37,297 nt of DNA from Candidatus Tayloriibacteriota bacterium (GCA_026395105.1 JAPLZH010000005.1:1-37297); one strand, 5' to 3'; shown: positions 26,469 to 36,798, counted from the first letter of the stretch. Translations and numbers: made by a program. Notes: generated by a model from the sequence alone, not told the origin.

Positions 26469-27266
26469 TTATATAATTTTAAATAGATTTGAGGCGATTT
26501 TCACCCAAGTCTCTAATTTAACCGTTTCTGCGCGGGTGTTTATGTCTAGATTTAGCAGAGACCATATATTTTCTAAGTCTTTTTGATCATAGAATTCGGC
26601 TAGATTTGAGATAAGCTTCTTTCTTTTATGCGAAAAGCCGGTTTTTACTATGTCAAAAAAATCTTCCTCATTTATTTTATTATCTTCAAAAATCTTTTTT
26701 GAAATGTTGTAGATGCCGATTACCGCAGAGTCTACAGATGGTGCTGGTCTAAAACTTCCAGATTTAACTGTTCGAATGTATTTAGGACTTCCGTATACTT
26801 TTACGCTGATAGACAGAATGCTTTCTTTTTCATCTACCATGCGCTCGGCCACTTCTTTTTGGACGAGGAAAACCACCGTGCTCGGATAATCCTCTGACTC
26901 TAGGAACATTCTAGTAACTTCTCCGGTTATATAATAAGGAATATTCGCTATAACTTTATACTCCCCTCTTTTCAAACCGAGCCCGCCCGGATTTTTCTCT
27001 AAAATATCTCCGTGAATTAAAATAAATTTTCCCTCAGCTTTTTCTTTTGCAAATTTCTTTTCGAGAATCGGAATTAAACGATCATCTTTTTCTACTACCA
27101 CTACCTTCTTTGCACTTTTTAAAAGCTCACTCGTGAGTGCGCCTTCTCCAGGTCCGATTTCAAGCACTGTATCTCCTGCCGAAATATTTCCAGCGAGTGC
27201 TATATCATGAAGCGCGCCCGCATCATGAAGAAAATTTTGCCCTAAAGATTTCTTTGCGAAAATCAT
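26469..27266 (-). CDS. rsmA: 16S rRNA dimethyltransferase RsmA/KsgA
   Basis: KKSLGQNFL, VLEIGPG.GALT, ANIPYYIT, QKEVAER, F.PAP.VDSAV. Confidence 0.98.
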   Translation of the reverse strand: MIFAKKSLGQNFLHDAGALHDIALAGNISAGDTVLEIGPGEGALTSELLKSAKKVVVVEKDDRLIPILEKKFAKEKAEGKFILIHGDILEKNPGGLGLKRGEYKVIANIPYYITGEVTRMFLESEDYPSTVVFLVQKEVAERMVDEKESILSISVKVYGSPKYIRTVKSGSFRPAPSVDSAVIGIYNISKKIFEDNKINEEDFFDIVKTGFSHKRKKLISNLAEFYDQKDLENIWSLLNLDINTRAETVKLETWVKIASNLFKII

Positions 27267-27275
27267 ATATTTTAA

Positions 27276-29219
27276 TTAAAAATCTAAAAATATAGCTTTA
27301 ATTCCACGCGGTTCCTCTATCTCCTCCTGCTCTAAAAGATTTCCTTCTAAGTCACCTATAAACTCTGACGGTTCATTAAATCTCTGTGTGCCGAAGATGG
27401 TACGAGTTCTGGCAAAGAGCAAAAAAAGCTTCTTTTTGGCCCTAGTTAAGGCCACATAGAAAAGACGGCGCTCTTCCTCTGCTTCAGACTGAGTCATTTC
27501 ATTTTCATCTAACCTGACATGCGGGAAAAGTTCTTTCTCTAGTCCGCAAATAAAAACATAATCAAATTCTAGTCCTTTCGAAGCGTGCACTGTCATTAAT
27601 TTCACTCCATTTTTTTCTTCTTTTAATTCATCCTGATCTGTGGCGAGTGCGGCGTCGGTGAGTAGCGCTTCTATTCCCTCCCCATTTTGCATATGATCGT
27701 ACTTTTTCGCGAGTGTTACTAATTCGCCGATGTTTTCGAGTGTTTCTAAATCCTCACCTTTTCCTGAACGAAGGTCCTGCTCCAGTCCGCTCGTTTTTAA
27801 AATATATATTATTACTTCTGATGCGGTTTTTTCTGGAATAATTTTTACGATAGAGTCGAGGAAATTATAAAACTGACTAACTTTTGCCTGCATAGCAGAA
27901 CTTAGTGACCCCTCTTCATTTGCTAAAACTTTCATAATGGTGGCCTTTCCTATTCCGCGCGTCGGTACATTTATTATTCGCACTAAGTCTGCGGTGCTTT
28001 CCCTGTTTAGTGCAGAGCGAAGGAATGAAAGCATGTCTTTAATTTCTTTTCTTTCAAAGAATTTCGTACCGAGTAGTTGATAAGGAATATTTTTTTTAAG
28101 AAATGCTTCTTCTAAAACGCGCGACTGAAAATTCGCTCTGTAAAGCACTGCGATGTTTTTAGTATCCACACCATTTGCCATAAGTGTTCGAACTCTTTCT
28201 GATACAGTTCTGGCTTCATCATTCTCAGTCAAATTTTCAATAAGTGTGATTTTCTCGCCAACTTCATTATTTGTGAAAAGGCGTTTATCCCTGCGAAGAA
28301 TGTTTTTCTCTATTATTTGATTTGCAGCAGCTATGATCGTTTTAGTCGAGCGATAGTTTTCTTCGAGTAAAATTACCTTTGCACTAGGATAATCTTTTTC
28401 AAAATTAAGGATATTTTGTATATCTGCCCCTCTCCAGCTATATATATTCTGGTCTATATCACCTACAACGCAGATATTATTATGTGCTCCAGCTAAATAA
28501 TGTGCTATTTCGTACTGGACTTTATTAGTGTCCTGATATTCGTCTATGTGAATATACTGCCACTTTTTCTGATAATATTCTCTAACTTTTGGATTATCAC
28601 GTAGTAACTCAGCCGTTCTTAAGAGTAAATCATCAAAGTCGAGAGCGTGTTCTTTTCTTAGTTGAGCATCATACTTTTCCCATACGCTTTTGACAATTTT
28701 CCCTAGAAAATCTTTAATTTCAGGGATAAAGCTAGAGGCACTCTTAAAATCACCCTTATTTCTGGATATTGCGGAGAGGATTTTATATGGATCAAATTCT
28801 TTTGACTCATAGCCTAATGCTTCTAGACAGTCTTTTACTACCTTTTTCGAATCACCACGGTCATATATGGTGAAATGCTTAGTAAGGCCTAAAATAGAGG
28901 CATTTTCTTTCAAAATATGAACGCCTAGGGAGTGAAATGTAGTCATAAAAGGCCTTTCTGTCATGGAAACCGGTAGATTTAAAGTTTTATCTTCCTCTAT
29001 TAGTCTATAAATACGCTCCCTCATCTCCTTCGATGCCTTATTTGTAAAGGTTATACCTAGAATAGCGTGTGGCGCTACCCCTTTTCTTACTAACTCTAAG
29101 ATCCTATGGGTTATAGTTTTAGTCTTTCCTGCACCAGCGCCGGCTAATATTAAAAGAGGGCCTTCTGTTATAGAAACTGCCTCCTTTTGCTTATCATTTA
29201 ATGAGTTAATATTTATCAC
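27276..29219 (-). CDS. pcrA: UvrD/PcrA-family SF1 DNA helicase
   Basis: AGAGAGKT, TFTNKA, DEYQDTN, VGD.DQ.IYSWRGA, NYRST, MTVHASKGLEF, EERRLFYVALTRA. Confidence 0.96.
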   Translation of the reverse strand: MININSLNDKQKEAVSITEGPLLILAGAGAGKTKTITHRILELVRKGVAPHAILGITFTNKASKEMRERIYRLIEEDKTLNLPVSMTERPFMTTFHSLGVHILKENASILGLTKHFTIYDRGDSKKVVKDCLEALGYESKEFDPYKILSAISRNKGDFKSASSFIPEIKDFLGKIVKSVWEKYDAQLRKEHALDFDDLLLRTAELLRDNPKVREYYQKKWQYIHIDEYQDTNKVQYEIAHYLAGAHNNICVVGDIDQNIYSWRGADIQNILNFEKDYPSAKVILLEENYRSTKTIIAAANQIIEKNILRRDKRLFTNNEVGEKITLIENLTENDEARTVSERVRTLMANGVDTKNIAVLYRANFQSRVLEEAFLKKNIPYQLLGTKFFERKEIKDMLSFLRSALNRESTADLVRIINVPTRGIGKATIMKVLANEEGSLSSAMQAKVSQFYNFLDSIVKIIPEKTASEVIIYILKTSGLEQDLRSGKGEDLETLENIGELVTLAKKYDHMQNGEGIEALLTDAALATDQDELKEEKNGVKLMTVHASKGLEFDYVFICGLEKELFPHVRLDENEMTQSEAEEERRLFYVALTRAKKKLFLLFARTRTIFGTQRFNEPSEFIGDLEGNLLEQEEIEEPRGIKAIFLDF

Positions 29220-29355
29220 TTTTATACTATATCATTTATTAATAAGGCAGTCGCTTAACTTTGCTTTATTAAAAAGGTATTATGTTAGGTGGTCAAGCGG
29301 TTCTATTGACAATTCTGTAAAGTGCTTGTTATCAACATCTTATACAGTTATAGTA

Positions 29356-29383
29356 TTGACTTTTTTCCTGAAGCTCGTATCCT
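29356..29383 (+). promoter_or_regulatory. Candidate promoter TTGACT-16nt-TATCCT for the LysM-M23 gene
   Basis: Motif match by eye. Confidence 0.4.
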
Positions 29384-29478
29384 AGATAGATGCATTAAAC
29401 CACTATGCATGTATATGGCTCTGTTAAGCCATATGTACTAGGTATATACAGACATACAGTAAGATTTTATGGCGCAGA

Positions 29479-30585
29479 ATGAGTGAAAAAACAGTTTACA
29501 GTCTTATGAAATCATATTCTAATAAAAGAATAGAGCTGATTAATTTATATAGCCGAATAATCCTTCCGGCGATTTTCGTGACTTTATTCTCTTTGTCCTC
29601 TTCTTATGCAAAAGCGGGTATTTTTAGCTCAGTTAATGCCTCATTAATTAGTGAAGTAGATGCAGTAACTGCCCCTAAGGAAAGTGCACAGAATATGCAG
29701 ATTTTAGAGGCGGCCCTTAACCCAGATCCAAATATCCTTTCTAAGGAGTCGGATGTAGTAATAGTGGCTAATAGTGCCCTAGACTCAGAACAGGGTCCCG
29801 CTGGAACCAGTGCTGATGTAAGCGGTGAAAAAAATAATGGTCAGATCTCTGTTTATACTGTGAAAAAAGGAGATACTCTAAGCGAAATATCAGATTTATT
29901 CGATATTTCTGTAAATACTATACTTTGGACTAATAATCTATCAAAAAATGCTTCTCTAAAAGAAGGACAAACCTTAATAATTCTCCCTATATCTGGAATT
30001 AAATATACTATTAAGAGTGGAGATACTTTAAAATCAATAATTACGAAGTATAAGGCGGATATGAACGAAGTTCTATCCTATAATGACCTTAATATAAATT
30101 CAAAGCTAGATATAGGCGATGAAGTGATTATACCGGATGTAGATATGGCTGATTCCATACCTGTTTCTACACCTTCTACGAGCAAAATCGCTTCAAATGG
30201 AAATTCGAAGTATCTAGGAGGAAGTGGTCCTTCTTATCCAGGTTACTATATTCGTCCAGTCGTCGGTGGTCGTAAGACACAGGGAATTCACGGCTGGAAT
30301 GCAGTAGACATAGGAGTGTCTGTGGGTACACCTATTTATGCATCAGCTGATGGAACCGTTATGATTAGTGCTGATAATGGTGGATGGAATAAAGGATACG
30401 GTAATTATGTAGTTATAATGCATCCGAACGGTACTCAGACTGTGTATGGCCATGCTAGTAAAACATTAGTTAGGGTCGGGCAGATCGTGAAGCAGGGTGA
30501 TATGATCGCCTTATCTGGAAATACTGGAAAATCTACTGGCCCTCATGTCCACTTCGAAATTCGCGGGGCAAAAAATCCTTTCTAA
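29479..30585 (+). CDS. LysM(x2)-M23 peptidoglycan endopeptidase
   Basis: YTVKKGDTL and YTIKSGDTL LysM domains; H...D (HGWNAVD), GYGNYV, TVYGH, STGPHVHFE. Confidence 0.93.
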   Translation: MSEKTVYSLMKSYSNKRIELINLYSRIILPAIFVTLFSLSSSYAKAGIFSSVNASLISEVDAVTAPKESAQNMQILEAALNPDPNILSKESDVVIVANSALDSEQGPAGTSADVSGEKNNGQISVYTVKKGDTLSEISDLFDISVNTILWTNNLSKNASLKEGQTLIILPISGIKYTIKSGDTLKSIITKYKADMNEVLSYNDLNINSKLDIGDEVIIPDVDMADSIPVSTPSTSKIASNGNSKYLGGSGPSYPGYYIRPVVGGRKTQGIHGWNAVDIGVSVGTPIYASADGTVMISADNGGWNKGYGNYVVIMHPNGTQTVYGHASKTLVRVGQIVKQGDMIALSGNTGKSTGPHVHFEIRGAKNPF

Positions 30586-30601
30586 ATCTCTTTTGGGAGA
30601 A

Positions 30602-32086
30602 TTAAAATTTCTGTCGGTACTGAAGGGCCTCTAAAATATGAGGCGTTTTTATTTCATCAGTTTTTTCGAGATTTGCTATAGTTCTGGCTAAGGATATAGT
30701 TTTTTTAATAGATCTAGAGGATAACTGCATTTTTTCTGAGGCTTTTTCTAATATTTTCATATCTTTTGCAGGAAGATTCATATTTGCACTGTGACTTTTC
30801 GAGAATGTGATAGATTCTTCCACCCTTTTTCTAATTTTCTCACTATTCTCCTCAGGAGAATCTTTGCCACTGACTGAATATTCTATAATCTTCGGTCTGT
30901 TTATTTCTGAAACTTCTATCCACATATCTATTCTGTCGGTTATTGGTCCTGATATTTTTCTGCGGTAATCTTCTATTCTATACGCTGGGCATTCGCATTT
31001 ATTTTTCCCTTTAGTCACGCCGAAATAACCACAGGGACAGGGGTTCATGGTGGCTATTAGTATAAAGTCAGATGGAAGATTTATTATTCCGGATGATCGA
31101 GAAATGCATATTTTATGATCTTCCAGAGGTTCTCTTAAGGAATTAATAACCCTCTTATCAAATTCTAAAAATTCGTCCATAAGAAGTATTCCTCTATGAG
31201 CCAAAGAGATTTCTCCAGCCCGAACTGGTGACCCGCCACCTATTATAGCTGAGTATGAAGATGAATGATGGGGGGATCTGAATGGTGGTGAGGTTAATTC
31301 ACACCTTTCTGAGCTAAGGTGGGAATGAATTCCCGCTACCTCCACTGCTTCGTCAAAAGATAATCTGGGTAATATGGTGGGAACCGCCTTAGCGAGCATG
31401 GATTTACCAGTTCCAGCGGGACCCCATAGAGCTATATTATGCTTCCCCGCCACAGCTATCTCTAATCCCCTTTTTGCATAATTATTACCGATAATTTTAT
31501 TAAAGTCGTTTTCATTCGAAATATTTACTGAATTAAAAGCATGGTGAGCTGTTATTTCTAAAATCGCAACACCTTTTAAATGATTAACTACTTCTGATAT
31601 AGAGTCTGTGCCCCTAATTATTATTCCAGAAATAAGTGATGCCTCCTCAGTATTTTCTTTAGGAAGGATAATCTCTTTAAAACCAGCTTTCTTAGCCGCC
31701 ATGGTTATGGGTAGTACCCCCCTAACTGATTTCACTGTACCGTCTAGTGATAATTCTCCGAGAAAAAGTATTCCTTCATCAGGTATGGGTATTTCATTTT
31801 GTGATGCTAAATATGCTATAGACATCCCTAGGTCAAAGCTGGCGCTTTCCTTTTTAATATGTGACGGTCCGAGGGATATGGTTATCTTTTGATTTTTTTG
31901 TTTTGGTGATATAAAGCCAGAATTTTTTATGGCGGCTGAAATTCTGTCTTTCGCCTCTCCTACTAAGGTGCTGCATAGCCCAATGATAGAAAAAGAATGC
32001 AAACCCCTCCCAGTATCTATTTCTATAGATACTATCATCGGTTTTGTCTCGAAAATTTGTGCGCTCCATGTTTTTTGAAAACTCAT
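30602..32086 (-). CDS. comM: ComM/YifB Mg-chelatase-related AAA+ ATPase
   Basis: GELSLDG, GPAGTGKSMLA, PFRSPHHS, GEISLAHRG, MNPCPCG, KISGP..DRID, ARTIA.L, EALQYR. Confidence 0.93.
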   Translation of the reverse strand: MSFQKTWSAQIFETKPMIVSIEIDTGRGLHSFSIIGLCSTLVGEAKDRISAAIKNSGFISPKQKNQKITISLGPSHIKKESASFDLGMSIAYLASQNEIPIPDEGILFLGELSLDGTVKSVRGVLPITMAAKKAGFKEIILPKENTEEASLISGIIIRGTDSISEVVNHLKGVAILEITAHHAFNSVNISNENDFNKIIGNNYAKRGLEIAVAGKHNIALWGPAGTGKSMLAKAVPTILPRLSFDEAVEVAGIHSHLSSERCELTSPPFRSPHHSSSYSAIIGGGSPVRAGEISLAHRGILLMDEFLEFDKRVINSLREPLEDHKICISRSSGIINLPSDFILIATMNPCPCGYFGVTKGKNKCECPAYRIEDYRRKISGPITDRIDMWIEVSEINRPKIIEYSVSGKDSPEENSEKIRKRVEESITFSKSHSANMNLPAKDMKILEKASEKMQLSSRSIKKTISLARTIANLEKTDEIKTPHILEALQYRQKF

Positions 32087-32124
32087 TCATATATCATTAC
32101 ATATGAGGTATGAAGAAAAAATAA

Positions 32125-32144
32125 AGCGGAAATAAAATTCCGCT
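32125..32144 (-). terminator. Intrinsic terminator downstream of the DksA-like gene
   Basis: Stem AGCGGAA/TTCCGCT followed on the minus strand by TTATTTTTTC. Confidence 0.7.
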
Positions 32145-32184
32145 AAATTTTTTATTATTTCTTTAGAACTTCTTTATCAGAATT

Positions 32185-32556
32185 TTAGTTCTTTTTTGCT
32201 AGAGAGTCTTCTTTGCAGGTTTTTGCTGAAGGGTTTGCTTCTAGGCGTGCCTTCTCTATGGCTTCTCCACAAACTTCACAGATTCCGTACTTTCCATCAG
32301 ATATTTTTGCTAATGCTTTTTTAACATTGTTATACTGAATTTCGAGCTGTTTTAAAATGGCGCTGTTATCTTCATAGAATTCTATTTTATCAGCTAATTC
32401 ATTCTCATCTGCGCTATCTATGTCCACATTACTAGGAACCGCCTCCCAGTCTGCGGGATTACTAGGATTTATTCTACCGACGGTCTTAAGCTCCTCTTCT
32501 AAGGTCTTAAGTTCTTCGTCTAGTTTAACTTTAAAGAATTCTGTATCGTGTTTCAT
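32185..32556 (-). CDS. DksA/TraR-family protein
   Basis: Coiled coil with tip DENELA, AL.KI..G.YGICEVCG..I...RLEANP.A.TC. Confidence 0.88.
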   Translation of the reverse strand: MKHDTEFFKVKLDEELKTLEEELKTVGRINPSNPADWEAVPSNVDIDSADENELADKIEFYEDNSAILKQLEIQYNNVKKALAKISDGKYGICEVCGEAIEKARLEANPSAKTCKEDSLAKKN

Positions 32557-32580
32557 TTTGAAATCCTATCAGATTATTTC

Positions 32581-33846
32581 TTATCTGACAAACTTCTGAT
32601 TATTTATAGAGTCTATTATGGCTTCGAAAGAAGCGTTTGATGTAGTAATCACTAAGGTTTTCGAGTCTATAAAACTATAAAGGAGTACGGTTTGTCCACT
32701 TCTTCTTTTCATAACTCGAACATCTTTATTCTTAATAATAATATCAGAAAAAGAGGTGGCATTAATATTAAACGTGGTCGTGGCCAGAGAGTTATCTGCG
32801 AGCGGGATGAATAATGGAGTGAAGTCCTGTTCCATACTTTGTTCATATCTGATCATACTAGCTAGTGCACCCTGGAAAAAATCTACTTGGAAGATGGCAA
32901 AAGGCTCATTACGGTTTTCTCCCGAATAATATCCGAACATAAAAGGAGTCCTGAGTGCCCTAACGAGAGCATCTGGCACATTAGTAAGCCCTACTAAAGA
33001 GATAAAATTTAGAGCAGAAATGTCTGAACCACCAGATCTGAAATCATTAGAGAATCTGAAGTAAACGTTAGTTAATGTTCCTTTGCTTCCTGACTGTTCT
33101 TTTAGTGTATCGACGAGTAATTTAGATATAGATGTAGTAGATGAAGCTATGACCATCTTTTTATTTGAAGATACTGGGATTATCGCATTTATTTGTTCTG
33201 TCAGTGTGGCAGGTGTATCTGCTTTTGGCCTATTTGAATATAAATAATAAAGTCCGTATCCCCCTCCGCCTAAAAAGCCTATAGCTAAGAGTATTAAAAG
33301 TATATTTTTCCAAGGAAATGTTTTTGTCGGAGAAGAAAAGTCCTCTGAAAAGTCTGATGAATAATCTGGCTCTGCTTTACTTTCGAATCTGGGAGTAGCT
33401 GAACTAGCGTATGGGTTTTGTTTTGGATTATTTTGGATCTGGTCTGGTTTAGGCATGACTCTAAAGGCCTCTATGGGTATCTGACTTTCCGAAACTTTTG
33501 GAGCGGGTGCATACCCAGGGGGCGGAACAGAAACTCCAGCTGGATTAGGAATGAAAGTTTTTTCTACTTTTTCTATAGGAATTTCTTTCGGAATATTTGG
33601 AATCTGTGGTCTCTGAATAGGCCTATTTGATGTATTTTCCCTAGAAAGTATTTCGGCAGCTCTTTTCCTCTGAGCTTCCTGTTCTGCTATGGCGACCTTA
33701 ACTACCGAAGCGTCGCTGTGCTTCAGTGCGTTCGCAATATCACTTTCGAAAGTTCGAAGTGGGCTAATTAGTGGGGATTGGCCAGAGTTATTGTTCGTAT
33801 TTGAGTTGTTTGGATTAATAGTTTTATTTTTTTCTTGTGGATCCAT
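32581..33846 (-). CDS. Bitopic membrane protein (Pro-rich disordered N-region, TM, extracytoplasmic domain)
   Basis: ORF composition; single TM at ILLILLAIGFLGGGGYGLYYL. Confidence 0.75.
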   Translation of the reverse strand: MDPQEKNKTINPNNSNTNNNSGQSPLISPLRTFESDIANALKHSDASVVKVAIAEQEAQRKRAAEILSRENTSNRPIQRPQIPNIPKEIPIEKVEKTFIPNPAGVSVPPPGYAPAPKVSESQIPIEAFRVMPKPDQIQNNPKQNPYASSATPRFESKAEPDYSSDFSEDFSSPTKTFPWKNILLILLAIGFLGGGGYGLYYLYSNRPKADTPATLTEQINAIIPVSSNKKMVIASSTTSISKLLVDTLKEQSGSKGTLTNVYFRFSNDFRSGGSDISALNFISLVGLTNVPDALVRALRTPFMFGYYSGENRNEPFAIFQVDFFQGALASMIRYEQSMEQDFTPLFIPLADNSLATTTFNINATSFSDIIIKNKDVRVMKRRSGQTVLLYSFIDSKTLVITTSNASFEAIIDSINNQKFVR

Positions 33847-33894
33847 AGATTATATCCATTATACACTTCTTCCGAATTCTCTTCTAATTCTTTT

Positions 33895-36051
33895 TTAAAT
33901 TTTCTTTATAAAATCTTTATCTGCTAACCTTATAGACAAATTAACTCGGCCCTTATCATCTATTTCTTTAACGACGACAGGCACTATCTGACCGACTTTA
34001 AGGTATTTAGAGACTAAATCTACTCTGAATGAGGCGATTTCCGAGACGTGCACGAGACCTTCTGCATTCGGACCGATTTTTACAAAGGCCCCGAATTCCA
34101 TAAGGCGTGTAACTACGCCGTTTTCCACCCTATCCCCTGCTTTCCACTCCTTAGTCATTCCGAGAATTATGTCGCGCGCTTTCTCAGCAGAGCCATTCTT
34201 TCCTGTAATAAATACTGTTCCGTCATCATCTATATCTATAGCTTCTACTAAAGTATCATCCTTAATACCGTTAATATTCTTCCCTCCTGGGCCTATAACT
34301 AATCCTATTTGATCTACTTTAACTTTTATAACGATGATTTTCGGTGCATTTGGTGAAATATCTGCTCTAGGTTCAGCGATAGCGTTTTTTATAACATCTA
34401 AAATGGTGAATCTGGCTAACTTTGCCTTTTCAAAAGCCTCGGTAAGTATTTTTATAGATATTCCGTCTACTTTAACGTCCATCTGTATAGCGTTCACTCC
34501 TTCACGAGTTCCGGCTACTTTAAAGTCCATATCTCCATAATGATCTTCTGGTCCCTGAATATCTGTAAGAACTTTAAATGTATTATCGTCTTTAATCATG
34601 ACACCTGATGAAATTCCGGCAACAGGGCGTTTAATGGGTACGCCAGCGTCCATGAGGGCGAGGGTGGAACCGCAAACTGAGCCCATTGAAGTGGAGCCGT
34701 TTGAAGATAAAGCTTCAGATACTATCCTTATAGTATACGGAAAGACTTCCTTCGGCGGAATCATTGGCTCTAAAGCCTTTTCTGCTAATGCTCCGTGGCC
34801 GATAGAACGTCTGCTCATTCCACCTGTCCTTCCCGTTTCTCCCGTAGAAAATGGAGGGAAATTATAATGATGAATGTATCTCTTATCCTGTTTAACTTCT
34901 ATTCCGTCTATTATCTGTGCATCTCCCGGCGCGCCGAGGGTTAATGCTGAGAGAATATGTGTCTGACCTCTATAAAATATTCCGCAACCATGCAGTACCG
35001 GAGAGATTCCCCCAGCCTGTGCAAAGAGGGGGCGAATTTGATCCACCGTTCTTCCGTCCGGTCTTCTTCCCTTCTCTATGGCCTCCTTATGAATATATTC
35101 ATTAATTTTTTCTTCGAAAAGTTCCTGAGCGCGGGATTTATTCCAAACAGTTTCATTTGTTAATAGTCCACCCTGCTCTCCTAATATTTGTGTATGCTTT
35201 TCATCGAGGAATTTCATCCATACTGTATGAAGTTCGACTATCTTTTCTCCTCCAGGCATTCCACTCATGATGTATGAGTCCATTATCGGTTCTATTTTTT
35301 CTGCAAAAAAAACTTTTAATTCATTACTGACGACGGGTTTCTCTATCACCCCTTTTGCCTTTCCTATTTCTTTAATTATTTCTTTCTGGAAATTCTGAAT
35401 TTTTTCTATCTCTTCTGATGCGAATTCTAAGGCAGAGATAATAGTAGGCTCCTGAGTTTCATTTCCGCCGAGCTCGAGCATGTTTATTTTTCCATCTTTT
35501 CCGCAGGCGACCATTTCAAATTCTAAATCAGGATTTTCACGGACGCCATATGTAGGGTTAACTATAAAATCATTGTGACCTTTTATTTTTGCTATACGAA
35601 CAGCTGAAACTGGTCCATTCCAAGGAATGTGTGAAGTACCGAGGGCGAGTGATGCACCGAGAACGCCTAACATATCCGGATCATCTTCACTTATAGAAAG
35701 CACGGTGATGATTATCTGAATGTCGTGGCGAATCCATTCATTAAAAAGTGGACGAATAGTTCTGTCTACGATTCTTCCTGAGAGAACGGCTTCATCAGAA
35801 GGCCTTCCTTCCCTTCGTACGAAACGGCTTCCGAGAATTTGGCCGGATGCATAAAACTTTTCCTCATACTCCACTGTTAGGGGCAAAAAGTCCCCGCCAT
35901 CTCTAGGTTTATCAGACATTACGGCTGTGGCTAAGATGACGCTATTCCCATACTTAATTAATACGGAACCGTGTGCTCTCTCTGCTAAATCAGAAAAAGT
36001 GGCTGTTAAAGTTTTCCCGCCTATGATGGTGGTAAATTCTTTTTTCTTCAT
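33895..36051 (-). CDS. pnp: Polyribonucleotide nucleotidyltransferase (PNPase)
   Basis: F..REGRP, R.VDRTIRPLF, HHYNFPPFSTGE, GHGALAE, SSNGSTSM, GDMDFKVAGT, KH (VIGPGGK) and S1 domains. Confidence 0.99.
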   Translation of the reverse strand: MKKKEFTTIIGGKTLTATFSDLAERAHGSVLIKYGNSVILATAVMSDKPRDGGDFLPLTVEYEEKFYASGQILGSRFVRREGRPSDEAVLSGRIVDRTIRPLFNEWIRHDIQIIITVLSISEDDPDMLGVLGASLALGTSHIPWNGPVSAVRIAKIKGHNDFIVNPTYGVRENPDLEFEMVACGKDGKINMLELGGNETQEPTIISALEFASEEIEKIQNFQKEIIKEIGKAKGVIEKPVVSNELKVFFAEKIEPIMDSYIMSGMPGGEKIVELHTVWMKFLDEKHTQILGEQGGLLTNETVWNKSRAQELFEEKINEYIHKEAIEKGRRPDGRTVDQIRPLFAQAGGISPVLHGCGIFYRGQTHILSALTLGAPGDAQIIDGIEVKQDKRYIHHYNFPPFSTGETGRTGGMSRRSIGHGALAEKALEPMIPPKEVFPYTIRIVSEALSSNGSTSMGSVCGSTLALMDAGVPIKRPVAGISSGVMIKDDNTFKVLTDIQGPEDHYGDMDFKVAGTREGVNAIQMDVKVDGISIKILTEAFEKAKLARFTILDVIKNAIAEPRADISPNAPKIIVIKVKVDQIGLVIGPGGKNINGIKDDTLVEAIDIDDDGTVFITGKNGSAEKARDIILGMTKEWKAGDRVENGVVTRLMEFGAFVKIGPNAEGLVHVSEIASFRVDLVSKYLKVGQIVPVVVKEIDDKGRVNLSIRLADKDFIKKI

Positions 36052-36057
36052 TTTATT

Positions 36058-36690
36058 TTAATTAGTGATATTTGTAGGGTTCTCTGAAACAGGGTTCGTA
36101 GGAGATGGCGCGCCTTTCGGAGCGGAATTCGGATTCTGAGAACGTCCGCGACCACCAACCCTTCTATTTGAATTCTTTTGCTGAACAAACATTAGATATT
36201 TCTTAGGGTTTGAATCTAGGTCTATAAAGTCATCCGCAGAGGCGATTAATTTTGCCGAAGTAGATTTACCGAAAGAAACTACCTCTACCTGACAGCCATT
36301 ATTAGTCTGTAAATACTGAACTAGAGGTACGAAGTCACCATCCCCTGTTACTAAAACTACAGCGTCTAGTTTAGGTGCCATCTTAATAGCATCTACCGCT
36401 AGTCCGACGTCCCAGTCCGCTTTTTTACTTCCTCCTGCGAAAATTTGCAAATCTTTTGTCTTCGTCTCTATTCCGACTTTTGTTAATGCGTCGAAAAAGC
36501 TTTTTTCATCACCCGCTTCTGTAGAGATAACATATGCTACTGCGCGTATAAGCGCACGTCCTGCTACGGCATCCTTTACTATTTGTCCAAAATTTACTTT
36601 TGAATTATAAAGATTTTTACCTGAGTGATAAAGGTTCTGTGTGTCTATAAAAACGCCGACACGCTGCTCTGTGTGTTTAATTACTGTCAT
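36058..36690 (-). CDS. NYN-domain (LabA/DUF88, PIN-like) putative ribonuclease
   Basis: VFIDTQNLY, KADWDVGLAVD, LVTGDGDFVPLV, L...AD.FIDL. Confidence 0.93.
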   Translation of the reverse strand: MTVIKHTEQRVGVFIDTQNLYHSGKNLYNSKVNFGQIVKDAVAGRALIRAVAYVISTEAGDEKSFFDALTKVGIETKTKDLQIFAGGSKKADWDVGLAVDAIKMAPKLDAVVLVTGDGDFVPLVQYLQTNNGCQVEVVSFGKSTSAKLIASADDFIDLDSNPKKYLMFVQQKNSNRRVGGRGRSQNPNSAPKGAPSPTNPVSENPTNITN

Positions 36691-36736
36691 AAAATATTAA
36701 ATGCTTATAAAAACTTATTAAAAATGTGAAACTAAT

Positions 36737-36776
36737 AAAACTGCAAAACTGTAAAACTGTAAAACTTCAAAACTAG
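36737..36776. repeat. Five tandem 8-bp repeats AAAACTNN
   Basis: aaaactgc aaaactgt aaaactgt aaaacttc aaaactag; degenerate copies continue to ~36710. Confidence 0.9.
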
Positions 36777-36798
36777 TGAAATTATACACCTCCGATCG

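Noticed and set aside
244..35163. Numerous short antisense or nested ORFs (e.g. 244-450, 4562-4816, 5056-5397, 14721-15029, 22698-22994, 34598-34867)
   Set aside because: They lie mostly opposite or within well-supported genes and show no protein motifs; shadow ORFs.
36710..36776. CRISPR array or iterons
   Set aside because: Units are 8 bp with no spacers, and no cas or rep genes are nearby.
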